Assembly: GCA_900617105.1 (NCBI GenBank)
Contig: UYFQ01000509.1
Location: forward strand, 124,001 to 155,177
Reading direction: 5' to 3'
Source: Hydrurus foetidus
Taxonomy: Eukaryota
Length of the DNA stretch: 31,177 nucleotides
Positions within the stretch are counted from its first letter, which is position 1; every line of letters starts with the position of its first letter. The translations under genes were made by a program, and so were the position numbers. Of the stretch, positions 1-12,700 are shown piece by piece. The notes below the pieces were generated by a model. It saw only the letters and a program-made list of their open reading frames with translations, did not search any database and was not told where the DNA came from.

Positions 1-191
1 ATGAAACACAATTTAAGGAGGTATTAGCATTTGATCTACGTGATGATGATTTAGCAACAAATGACATAATGTTGTATTAATAATGTTATACTAACAAGTA
101 CTTTGTCAAACATCCTACAATACTCTCTTAGTATTTTATTCCACAAAGCACCGGATAAGAACATGGAGTGTCCTGACAAATTAAATCTTAC

Positions 192-1170
192 CGCTCATGT
201 GTTCGAGACAAATAGAAATAGTCCCGTCCTTAGGATTCGCCACGATATCTAGTAGACTGATAATGTTCTCACATCTACTACGTCCGTTCCTGTCACGTAC
301 GGTTTTCTTCAGAGACTGTAATTCACTCATCATTTGCACTCTCTTGGATGCATCAGACACGGCAATTACTTTCTCAGCACATAGTGTCAAAGATTTTAAT
401 ATGACCGCTTTGTAAATTGTCGCTGACGATCCTCTTCCTATCACTTCAAGACGACAAAGTGGATTCGGCAACGTCAGCGTTCCTGACAAACTCAGAATGT
501 TCTGATTCCGATAAGAGTTAGGAATCAATCCAGGTAATTTAGAATCAGATTGTGATGGGCTAAGATTCGCCATGTCAAAGATTTCCTTTCTCATTTCATA
601 ATCTTCTTTATCAATTGTTGGAAGTGATCCGGAAACATCAATTTCGAGAGAAAATAATCTTGTCTTAGGAACAGCATCCGATCGGAACACGTTGCCGGAG
701 AGACCTCTATCATACTCTTCTTTGCCCTTCTGGCTTTTGCTGCACTTGTAATCAGTACTAGGATTCCCTCGTGTTTTCTCTCCGGCTATGTCGGATGGAA
801 GTGTCAACAACGAAGTACAAGATGATGCTGACGACATGAATTGAGGTGTTGGAGTCTCATACTGCACAGATATAGCACTAGATGGAGTGACTGGGATTCT
901 GACTAAGGCTCCTCCCCTCTTTGACTCCTGTGCGCTGATTCTCTCCCTCTCTCTTAAAGAAATCGATGAAGGGCTACTCATTATTGTTCTCATAGCAGGG
1001 CCTTTTCTTGTCTGTATCCCCAAATGCTGGAAGGTCGATTTAATAGCACATCCATTCATAGTTTTTAACCTTGGAGGTAGCGGTAACTCTTGCTTTGTCG
1101 CACCATCGTGAGCGAATCTTCCGTCCCATTCCAGTTTTTTCTGTTTCATTGAGTTTGGTGATTTTTCCAT
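192..1170 (-). CDS. MAP kinase kinase (STE7/MEK-like) protein kinase, first exon; gene continues beyond the left edge
   Basis: Long Ser-rich N-terminus, then kinase subdomains I-V: VIGRGSSATIYKA (Gly loop), CAEKVI (catalytic Lys), MMSELQSL (alphaC Glu), CENIISLLD, ISICLEHMSG. The last motif resembles the MAP2K ISIxLEYMDG. The exon ends at a GTAAG donor (cttac at 187-191), so the ORF-track stop lies in the intron. Confidence 0.8.
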
Positions 1171-1425
1171 CGAAAATTTCTTTGATTTAGAGCGATCTTA
1201 ATCGTATGCTTGAGGTGCCTCTACCCAGTAAGCCTCAGAATGAGCACCTTATCATCACAGTTTCTACCCTTCTCCACTTACCACTGCCTTTAAATCACTG
1301 ATGATGATGCCGGTGATGTAGCAGTGCGGAATTTCTGTTTTCTGTTTTCTATCCGTAACTACTGTACGGTAATTAATCGGATCGATTGAAGTGCAATCTA
1401 TACGGTTTTAGTTGATCCCATATTT

Positions 1426-1436
1426 TAGCCGTTGGG
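1426..1436 (-). promoter_or_regulatory. MSA-like (3R-MYB) element CCCAACGGCTA in the divergent kinase/ASPM promoter
   Basis: tagccgttggg reverse-complements to CCCAACGGCTA, a full match to the plant MSA consensus YCYAACGGYYA. It lies between two ATGs 500 bp apart. Confidence 0.35.
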
Positions 1437-1670
1437 AATATTGGTCAAGCAGTATAATATACTGTAGCCTGTAGCAGCAGCATGCAGCATCGAGCGTGGT
1501 GATGGATAGCTACCATTCTCATAACTCATTACCCATCGGTGTCAGCTGTTAGTCAACTATTCGCAAATTTTAAACAGCATCAAATGGTTTGATGCTTGGA
1601 AAGTGCAGCGTCAAAGTAACAAAGAGTCGAACTTTAATTACAAAGGGGCTGTGGATTCAGATAACGTAGA

Positions 1671-4600
1671 ATGATTCCGAAGAGCACTATGAGTAATCAG
1701 GCGGAGACATCGAGGCGATTGTCAATGTATGATAGACCACCACGCGGAATCAGGAGCACTTCGGTGTCAGCAATTCGAATATCAAGCAATTCACATACTG
1801 GCTGCACTGATGTCGCTGATAGTCCGAAGGTGAACTTCACGACAAAAACAGAGACAAGAATTAATAGACGAAGTTCATCTGTGACTGATGCTCGTCGGGC
1901 GTCTGGTATTCCAATTCCTTGTAACGTTATTGCTGGAGGTAATTCTGAGTCTGCGAAGTTGACTTCTGGTAGCAGGCCTTACGAGAGGAGAGGTTCTTCA
2001 GTAACATCTCGTCGCTGTTCAACACTTTTATCGTCATCAATGGATGACCTCCCGAAGTTATACCCTCTTGGTTCTCGAGCACCAGAAGTATTTGCAAAGA
2101 GGAAGAAGTTGTACAACACGCAAGTGACTTCAGTTGCAAGTGTGATCTATGATGAAAACTGGGCGTCAAAACAAACAAAAAGTTACACGGACTGGTTGAA
2201 TCATGTATTCTTTGCTTCCATGGGCTCGTATTCTATTTCTGTTAGTGAGATGGATGGTGTCGCTGCACAAACGTTAGGATCAGAAGGTATGATTCATATT
2301 CCGATTTCTGTTCTGATTCTTATTCAGAAGACCTCCTCGCATTGATAATTATCCTGATCTCAAATTATGCCTGCTTCTCACTTTGTGCGCTATAATGTCA
2401 TGTCCACTATACCATTCTTAAAGCCAGCTCGATTGAATGCTGTAGACATATATAATATCTACCGACAAATGATTACTTTCAATCTTAGGAATTTCAAATC
2501 CTGAACTGGAGAATTGTGGATTAAAAGAATTAATCATAAAAAAAACAGAAGCAGCAAACCGTCAAAAAGCTTCGAAAATAAACAAAAATCAAGCTGTAGT
2601 TATAAAGAAATTAGAACAAGAAATATGCAATAAAACTTTTGAGCTAAGATCAGATCGGAACATCATGGTGGACCTTGGACTTCAAGATTCCTTACTAAAT
2701 ATTTTGTTTTCCTATGAACTCCCTTGGATTCGACTTGGATTAGAGACGATATTTGGGGAAATTATTAGTGTTCAATCACCGTACACGAGTACTAATTGTC
2801 CGTGCAGAACAGGTTGTGTAAAATGGAAAAATTCAATTAAGTTTTTCATTCAGCAAAAATTGTTTTCGACAAATACATTTACATTGAAAAGTGTGATATA
2901 CGATCAAAATGTAATTGAATTATCACATCAAAATATTCTGAAGAAAGTGTTGTCTTTAATTTATTTCCTCGATAATGCTCGACTTCAAAAAGTGTTACAC
3001 TGTCCAAGATTATTCAATATAGAAAGCAACAGAAAATCTACCAAAGAAATTCTATTCGCTTTTCACAGCGAATTGATGAGAGGAAAAGGAGACATCACCA
3101 AATATTTAAATCTTACCGGATTGACGGTATATTTCACTCAGTCATATTTAGACGAATACGACTTTTCCGTGAAAAATCTCACGGTACGTACATTTTTCAC
3201 TCTAGGATATTTATTTTCTTTTACGGTCATTCCCAAACCTTGATTTTTTATACAGTTTTGCGTCCCTTTAATTACGAAAAGTAAATTGACGTTACTTTTT
3301 ACTCCATTTCTATTTTCACAATCCGCCTACATCACCTTTCAACCATATCACAGAATTACAAAAACTAACCGGCTACCATAACCCCATTTTAAATTAGACG
3401 GATTTACGGGACGGTGTACGGCTAGCCCGCTTAATGGACATACTAACGCACACACGTACGCACGGTACGGGATGGGGAGGCATCTCTGACCAGTTACGCG
3501 TACCCGCCAACAGTAGACTGCAAAAATTGCACAATGTCGGATCCGCCTTGAAATCCTTTTATCAGTATACAGAGACGTTTCAAAGTGTAGGAGAAAAAGG
3601 TGAGAGATTTCATATTTTTTCGAATTCCAGGATATTATAGATAATATTCATGAGGTCATTTTATGACTTTTTTTTTTTTTGAATGTATGCATTTTCCGTT
3701 CATTTATAGTATCATGCATTGCAAACGAAAATGAGACAACGCTGGATTTTGGCGATGTTTCATTCTTGATGCAATTCTATCTGATTTGTGATCGGTACTG
3801 CAGTGCTAGGTTTACATCACAATTCTTGACAGTTGACAGACAGTGATTCATTGAGATACTTATGTGATACGCACTTCTTACATATTCTAATTCTGTAACT
3901 CTTATCATTTCCTGTGTCATCAGATTCCACATTAAGGGTCCAAGGTCCCGAAGAACAACTTCAAGAAGCGAAAGAAATTGTCGACGGACAGCAGGACACA
4001 ACGCTATCTTTATTGTGGAAAATAATATACACTTGCGAACTACGAAATGTACGTTACACGATGCATAATTCATAGTTCATTGGGTGGCACAATTTCTTTA
4101 AAAAATGATATCTCTTGTGACAATATATCCAGCACACTCAACCCCTATTTTTCTCGTGACTTGGACTACATCTCTATTCGATTTTCTGATGATTTCTTCT
4201 ATCTCTCTTTCTCACTGCACTAATGATCATGAATTATATGTGTAAGTAACCATTTATTTCACATTTAGTTTAATCTCTCTCCCTTCTATCTTTTTCTCCC
4301 TTCCTATCCCCTTCTAACCATCTATGCAAACACCCTTCACCCTTCATACATACACATCTGTCTGTCTAACTGTCTGTCCGTCTGTCCGTACCGTAGTTGG
4401 TGGATCCCCTAAAGGTTCTGGAAGAAGCTCAACTAATCCGGAGCGACACAGATAAGCGGTGAATGACGTACTGTATTGAATGTCACACTAAATAAAGTGT
4501 CCAATGAAGTATGTAATTATTCAGAACTTCATTATTTCTATTGAGCAAATATTAACATTATTTTTCACACTATGATAAAAATGAGTCAATGACTAACATA

Positions 4601-7600
4601 AATAGTTCAACAAGTAAATTCTAATACTCACCGTATTCGGCTTTCTGATGATAGTGTAATTTTTACTGAAAATAATTGCATTGAATACTTTCGTCTACAC
4701 GCAGACTTGGTCATTTCAAGTTCAACGGATCCCACAAGCTCTCCGCTCTAGCTTTCAACACAGACATAAACGAAATAATCACCAACAATTCCGGGGCCCA
4801 AAAAAATTTCGACCCCTTTTTAGATTCGACAAAAGGGACGGATGAAAATTCACTGCCCCTAGGGGATGTTTTTAATTCTTCTGCTTTGACGAACAGTCTA
4901 CTGAAATGGTGCAATGCAATCAGCAGCATGTACGGGGTGAACGTACATAATTTCACGAATTGTCTGAGCGATGGAAGGGTACTGTGTTACATGGTGCATT
5001 ATTATCATCCCACTTTACTTCGATTATGCGACATACAGTCTACAACAGCAACAATACTGTCAGATCACTATACAGAAATGACCAAATGCAGTAAATTAGA
5101 TGGTAAATCAGATTACGGTTTTTCTGATATTGGCGATTTAGACTCTTTTATGGAGGGAAATATTGTGTCGAATAACATGATATCGAGAGAAAAAATCAAA
5201 AAAGGATTGGAGGGAGAAAAAAGGAATTTCCATCTGATTCAAAACGCATGCAGCGCGATTGGAGGTGAGTGAATGCATCGTTACAATGGTTACTGAACAA
5301 GCAACATTATCTTCGTTTTAAATTTGCAATTAAAGGAGTCTACTTTTATAAACAATTATTACGTTATTGTGCCGGTCAAAACTAAGCGGTGCCGTAAAAT
5401 TTTATTTCGCGGCATAATCGTGTTTTTGACTGTAGAATCAAAATAACAGTTATTTCAACCTCTGTCAAAAACACGAAAATACCTCCCAGCCAAATAAATT
5501 TTCCCGTTTAGTTTTGACCGGCACAATAACTTGCTTTTTCCTCCTCTCAGATATCTAATATTTCAATGACTAAATCTTCATTACCTCACTATCTATTTCA
5601 ATTAAATTACCAGGAATTCCTCTCATACTTCCGATCCACGATACTTCAGATGTACCTGAAGCACGTACCATCATAATGTTCCTGGGATTTTTATTTTCCA
5701 GATTAATGGAAACTTCAAAACAAATCAGAGCAGCGATAAAAATTCAAAAAATGTGCCGAATGATCCGTTTCCGTATTTTAAGATATAAATCTGCTACGGC
5801 TATTCAGAGTAAGTACCGTGCGTACGTGCAATGCAGAATATACGGAAATGTAATCCGGGAGTGGAGAGAGTATAAAGCGTGTTGCGATTTTGGTGGTGAA
5901 ATTTGCGAAAATGAAAACAACGGTAATTATGACTACGAATTTGAAAATGAAAATGAAAACGAAAACAAAAATAAAAAATACGAACTTGAAAGACAAATTG
6001 AAAAAATTGATATGGATGAAAGCTTCAAATGGGATGGAGACTTCATACCGGAAGCGGAAAATTTTGACCGGAATCCGGTAGAGAACACAGGGATTTTTTT
6101 TGAAGCGAATGAGTCATTTACTGCAGATTTTACTTTTTCAGAAGAAAAGTGTCACGATTCGATTGTTGAAAATGGACACATTTCTGTCCAACCAGACATA
6201 CCACACGACAATACTGAAAATTTGGAAATAACTGACGTCAGTATGGAAGAGTCAACGCTGTTAGACGCCTCTGTGGGTGGGTGTGTGCGTAGTGTGGGTC
6301 ATGCAGAGTGTTCTATGAGTCAAGAATGTTCTTTTTTCGATTTGGCGACTCACTTTGCGATGGCCAGTAATCTGGAAAATGCAAATGAGAATGACTATGA
6401 AAAAACTTGCGTTCATCTAGAATTCGATGTCGATACCAGCCCGATAAAAGAAAAAAAGAATACTACTGGAATAATACATGCGATGTCACTGAACAACAAC
6501 GACACCGAAATTCACCGAAATCGGTGCGTTTTCGCGGTGCAAATTATTTCTCGTTGGTATATTTCTTTGCTACCAAAATTGCGGATCCAAAAATTGTTAC
6601 TCGGTTTCCGGAGGCTTCAGGTAATGAAACACTAGAATAAGATTGAAGTAAAATTGAATACACACTATATCAAGAGTATTTGATCTTTAGTGATATATGT
6701 GTGAATCTTGAAACATGTGTACATGTTTAATAAATATCAAGAATTGTCTCTTCCTGCTGGTCCACTTTTAATCTTGACCCACCCCTACACGCGACAATTC
6801 ACACACTATCTGTACCGTACTGAAAACTGGAAAGGCACTGTACAGATAGTGTGTGTGAGTTGTTGTGTATAGGGGTGGGTCCAGATTAAACGTGGATCAG
6901 CAATTAAACGTGATCCTTGATATGTACATATCAGTACTAATGAAATAACAATAAATCATTTTTGTAAATATGTCAACATACTACCGTTATATAGCACTTT
7001 GTTGTCAATGGAAGTTATAGTTTACCCCTCACGAATAAAATCAGAAATTCATCTTTCTGTTTTCTAAATGTCTTCTATAGAGGACACATTACTTATCTAA
7101 TCTATCTAACTTCCAATTAAATGACAGTACCCAACAATCCAATGTGTACGTTCACTGCTCAATATTTACCACAAATTAGGCTTGTTTTAGAGGAAATAAA
7201 ATCAGATCAATAAGTAATGTACGTACGAAGAACATGTGCGTACGCATCAGAACGTCTTCCTTAAAGGCGTTAGGAACAACTGGTTTGCGTCTCGAAATCT
7301 TGACCCAAGGTACACATGTTAATGTGATTTCTTTTTTTCTTTCTTTTCGATATTTTGATGAACGGGTCAACTCATGGCATCAAGATGAACGATGATATCC
7401 GACCAACTGAAAAATCGTACGATATTTTATTGAATTACGTTATTTACCATATTTTACTGTATTACGTAAATAAGTATGTTGTGCAACAGTGACAATTGAC
7501 TTCAATATTTGTATATTTTCTATATATTAGATGCTATTTCAGCAATCGAAACGGGCGTGTCTCTTCCACTGATGCTGCCGCATTGCAGTCTACTTAGTGA

Positions 7601-8881
7601 CGCCACACAGCTCTCCCTCGTTTGCTGCGAGGTAGTGGTGAGGTCCAACAAATGTTCCGTTCTTTTGAGCCTTATTCGATCCTGCACTAGGAGTGATGAC
7701 CACCAAGAACTCCTGAGGTACGTACGTACGTACGTACGTACTTACGCATGGTGTATGGTTTCTATTAATTTACAAATAAAAATGCTGCAAAAAAGACTTG
7801 ATTTACTTGTTTTCTATTTCAGGAAATGTCTGAACACTTTGCTCAATATATGCCGCCATAAAAATCTGTCGGGTCTGGTGGCTGGTGAGTCGATTTTATT
7901 GATGTAATTCATTAAAACTATTATTCATCGTAATCGTTTTTCAAATCGTCTGTTGCATCTGTTTGATATGTCTAATGTATTCAAAATAGCGAATGGGAAT
8001 CTATTTTATTTTTTATCACCTATTTACATCCCTCCTAATACTGTTCGAAATCGAATTACCAAATATTTCACAGTTTTATTATTTTTTACAATTTTGCTCT
8101 CCAAAACATTTAATATTGACACTACCTAATAATCTTAAATTGCATCAGAATCAGCCGATTGCGCTGATACTATAGTAGATTTAATGCAAATGTTTCGAGA
8201 TAAAAAAGAAATCGTCAGTCTTTCCTCTCGGCTTCTCAGTATTCTAATTCTCGCAAGTCCAACCATGAAGGTTAGTCCGTTTTTTATTCCGACTCCTCTG
8301 ATTGTTTTGCGTGTAATACTATATGATTTATATGCTGCTAATTTCGAGTGCGTACTTGATCGCGTTATAATTGGAATATGATTATGTGTTGTGTAGTTTG
8401 GACGTATGACGACCAAGTTACCAGTGACATTGTATTATTCGATGATACTGTAATCTCATTCATTTCAAATTATCCGTCAGTGCAGTCTACACCCGAACAA
8501 CCAATGTGTGTCATCATAAATTGCATTAAAATCATCCATCTCTCATTTCTCATATCTTATGTTTTATCAAAATATGTGCGTACGTACGTGCAGGCGACAT
8601 GCAGTGGCGGAGTGCACAGAATCCGTCTTGAAGGAATACTGCACATAGTCGACAGAAAACAAAAACTCGACGACAGAGTGAAAAAAATTCAACACCAAAA
8701 ACAACAACTTTTATACCAAAATCAGGATAAAGAAAATATTTCGGATCAAATAAGAGAGGATAGTAATGAGAATGAAAAAGATGCGAAGTTCGAAATGAGT
8801 TGTTTTAGAAAGAATCTTCTAGAGGAAGACAGTTCTTTACAGTGTCTTAGGAACATTATGAACATTCTTCAAGAAACGTAA
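1671..8881 (+). CDS. ASPM: ASPM/Asp (abnormal spindle) homologue, 12 exons, ~1351 aa
   Basis: Phase-consistent GT-AG exons: 1671-2286, 2489-3183, 3398-3599, 3924-4048, 4397-4458, 4705-5264, 5614-6620, 7180-7309, 7531-7717, 7823-7884, 8149-8270, 8594-8881 (4056 nt). Asp-type motifs: YDENWASKQ..YTDWLN, DLGLQ..LFSYELPWIRLGLETIFGE, LDEYDFSVKNL-TDLRDGVRLARL, LRVPANSRLQKLHNV, EIVDG...TLSLLWKII (CH domain), LLKWC...VHNFTNCLSDGRVLCYMVHYYHP (second CH domain), IQ motifs IQKMCR, IQSKYRAY and LQACFRG, and an ARM/HEAT-like C-terminus (LLSLIRSCTRS, DLMQMFRDK). Confidence 0.9.
4356..4390. repeat. (TCTG/TCCG)n microsatellite at an intron 3' end
   Basis: tctgtctgtctaactgtctgtccgtctgtccgta, just before the acceptor at 4396. 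Confidence 0.7.
5363..5530. mobile_element. MITE-like/foldback element in an ASPM intron
   Basis: Perfect 23-bp terminal inverted repeats (gttattgtgccggtcaaaactaa / ttagttttgaccggcacaataac) and an inner pair (tcgtgtttttgac / gtcaaaaacacga). No ORF; target-site duplication not obvious. Confidence 0.65.
6734..6923. mobile_element. Degenerate palindromic MITE-like element in an ASPM intron
   Basis: Imperfect inverted arms of ~60 bp (6755-6815 vs 6840-6902; e.g. gacccacccct / aggggtgggtc, cacacactatctgtac / gtacagatagtgtgtg) plus an outer pair atatcaag / cttgatat. Confidence 0.6.
7718..7741. repeat. (GTAC)6 microsatellite starting at a splice donor
   Basis: gag|gtacgtacgtacgtacgtacgtac read directly. 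Confidence 0.85.
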
Positions 8882-9756
8882 GAAGAAAAAGTGATGTACA
8901 TTTGTACGTACTATGAGTGACCGTACGATTTATTTTTTATTTTTTTATTTTGTTTTATTTTTTATTTTATTTGATGTGTAGAGCGTATATGATTAATATG
9001 CGAAAAAAATCTAGGGATGTAGAAAACGTCAAATGTAAAGCGAATGATGTAGTTCAGCTGTATGGAACATTGTAGTTGATAAAATCTTGGATTTGTCGTT
9101 GTCGTTGTTCTAGCATCTTCACACGCTCTTTGCCAAAAACGACTTATTTCCTAGTTAGAATTTATTTACAATTTTATCAGTAAAGTGTAGCAATATTTTT
9201 CTCAGGTTGAATCACTTTTCCAATGTAGATCACTCTCACTTACATGTCCAATATCCGTTTAAAACAATAGGCAGATTTCTTTTCCCCCAAAACTGATTTC
9301 GCTTTGTAAATTTCGTTTCGAGAAATAGAGCTTCATTTGGCCTTTTCGCTTAGAGCTCTCGTAATATTAGAATTCAACGCGACGTCTCTGTCATGGCCTC
9401 TTCAATTGTAAAAGCAAACGCCCACTTCGTCTCAAAGTAGAGTCTTGACATTTACACGGTTTTATAAGCTCCGATACCGGTACGTACGGTTTCTGGTGTT
9501 ATCAGAGGAGACTCTTCAGCTAAGTAATGTCGTCTGTCGTCATGTCATCATGTCATCAGAATTTTCAAGTAATGGAAGAGAATAGCGTCGACTTCAAATA
9601 TGAAGCTGCTGAAGCTCGTTGATCTCGTCACGATGAAGTGACATGAAAATGATCGTTCTACAGCTGATCATGGCTCTGGTGTAACTAATGCGGATGAGAA
9701 TGTTACATGTGAATCATACGCTCAATACTGAAATATCGTCGAACGGATAGAGGACC

Positions 9757-12700
9757 ATGATGGGAAATTCCTACTTTCTCATCAGCGGCGTAGTTTTCTT
9801 ATGTGGATGCTACGTTATTCTTGGAGAGGAGGCTTTTCAAAAGGCAAATATGCCGAGGTTTACTGATGTCGATACGATAGAATTGCACCACCTTCGATCG
9901 TTTCCGCTGCAGTCTCTTATGTCAGATGCTGGGTCATTCAAACTGCAGACCTCAGGGATAGCCCTCCGCAGTACACTGACGTCGGCGATAGTCGTTCTTG
10001 AATTTAGACCACGCAACGTAACAGCATGCTTCCTTCCGATAATCAACAAGAATTTAATCAACGAAAAAGGCAGAAAGCTGAACGACACTCTCACATGGGA
10101 CAAACGTTCAAAAATATCTTATGCGAAGGAAATAGATTCAAAGTATTGGATGCAGTCAACTTTCCTGGGAATCATTAATGGCGTAGTGTACAGAAACTAT
10201 CTAGACTGGGTAGAACGATATCTGTTGACAAATGCTGGGAAATATTTCACGCCTCAGAGCATATGCAGCGGAGCTGAGGAAGAATCATGCTTTACGTTAC
10301 CATCGACTGGTGACACATTCTTGGCATCTAGGTGAGATTCATAACCTGTTGAATGAGTGCAGCTTTGTCATGACTTCGTAGAGTTAGAATTGTTAAAACA
10401 AATATCGAGGGATTTGACCATGGAATAAAACTGTCAACTTCCATTGATGCCTGATTTTGCCGAAAATTGAACGAAATTTTGAGCTATGTGATACGATTCT
10501 GGATGCACAGAATATAAATGACTATTTCGAAAGTTGTGCCACCATTCTCTGACTGTATTGCTTTCAGTACATGCATTTGATTTTATCTAGATGCTCTCGC
10601 AATTATTGTCGACATATAGCTTTGTTTAATGCGCTATGCCATCTGTCAGTAAAATTTAACCCTCTGACTATTCGCATAGATTATCACGTGGTGCTTAATA
10701 GAATAAAGAGACACAATCACCTAGTGAAACAAATAATTGCGTGACTCATTGAAATTGCAGCACTATAAACAGAATCAGCCATTTTATACTTCTCATCTCC
10801 AACCCCTCTACCCTTCCATCTAATCACACGTACGTACACTCCGTACTGCACGTACGTACAGTCTTTCCGTTTTTGCAGAATTATCCGTACAAATGCACGC
10901 AATAATTCCCCCAAGGGCATCGGAAGTACACCTCCTTAGTTTCACGGAACCCAGACTTTTTTCAATTTCAAATTCCGACGTTGACAATGTAGAGGAGAAA
11001 AGAAAAAACAGTGAGTATACTGGAATGTTACGAGGATTGGATCCAGGATCCAATACAAGGTCTGGTCTAGATTCTGGTTCAGGGTCTGAAACAGGGTCCG
11101 GTTTGAAGCCCGTCCCAGTTTCTGGTCCTAGGTCCACCTTAAAAACGTCTGCTCCTGATGCTTCAATGGCGTCTAAAACTCACCATCCCGAAGTCAGAGT
11201 ACCATCCTCACAACCCTCGGTCACCCCCTCTTTTTCTCCCCCCTCCTCTGTCCCATCTACTATACCTTATTTAACACCGTCTAGCACAGCTTCGTCAAGA
11301 CCATCAATGACATCCTCATCCTTCTCCACCCCAAACACATCTTCAGTCAGTAAGAATAAGACCACGTCTACTCCTTATGTAAACACCACCGTTTGGTATA
11401 AGGAAAAAGAAAAAGAGGACAATCGGTTTAATACCACGGTATTCAAAGATAGTGATGTAACGGATTATTTCGTATCTCTGATACTTTGTATGCAAGGTAA
11501 TACAAAATGCAAATACTCTTATTTCTTATTTTTTTATCCACTTTGATTTTTCTCTCCACTTTTAGGTCATTTATCAAATACAATGTTTACTGTCATTGTA
11601 AACCATGAATGTTGTGCCTGTAACATTGAATACATTACACTATTGTTGCGTCATTTCCTCTGTGCAAATTCGTTTCTTAGTCTCTTTTACGATTTCTATT
11701 ACTTTCTTTTGTCCCAACTGTTTTTGTGTCTCCAACCGACTGTATTACATAGTGTGATGCCAATTCTGCCGTATGAGTCACTCTCCTTGCTTTACACACA
11801 CACCCTATTTATTGCACCCTGTTGTGTTTTGCATTGTCATTTGAATCATTTGTCATTTACATTTTATAATTTGCCACATGACCTAAATCATTTTCGATCC
11901 AAATAGCCTATCATATCTAACACGGAAAAACATACTATCTGAATAACTGCACTACAGCGTATGAATACGAATATTTCGCGGAAGCTTTGAAATCGTGCAT
12001 GCGAGAAAGTGACGGGTTCATACACGTGGAAGGAGGACAGTACTACCACATACGGCCAAGACACCCCTTTGCGTTCAAACACGACTACTGGCAGGCCATA
12101 CCAGTCGCAGTGCTGCTAGATAAAGGAGGAAGGGACATATCTGACATAGTCATCAGTCTGTCTATTTTAGTCATCACTATTATCGGATTGGCGGCTGCGT
12201 TGTGGAGGTTGAAGATGTTCGATTTTCTTTTTTCTAAGACGGCCGTGTGGAGAGAGAGAATCAGTGCAACTGCTCCTTCAGAAGGGGGATATTCAAGGTG
12301 CAGTCAATACTTGTCATTAATTGTCTCTCTTGGATCATGTGAAGTGTGGAGATGTCTCGATGCCTTTCGTTGAATTACATTTTGTTTCCATTTCTATGAA
12401 TTAGATGCTGAATTAGTGATAAATTTTGCACGAATTTATGCTGCTTAAGTGTTGTTTGTGTACCGCGTAGAACATTGACGCCACACAGCATTCATCTTCT
12501 TTTTCTCTTCTCAGCAATCTCCTCTCCTCTCTAATTGAACCCCTCTCTCTTCTCATCTTATCTCATCTGTTTTGTTCTCATCTCTTCACATCTCATCTCC
12601 TTTCTTCTTTTCTATAATTGTCCCATTTCCTTTCTCCTTATCTCTACCCTTATCTGCTCTCACATCTCCTCTCATTTCACCACACCACACATCACCTCTC

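Noticed and set aside
11583..11906. 107-aa hydrophobic ORF
   Set aside because: It lies inside intron 11497-11957; T-rich composition explains the hydrophobicity.
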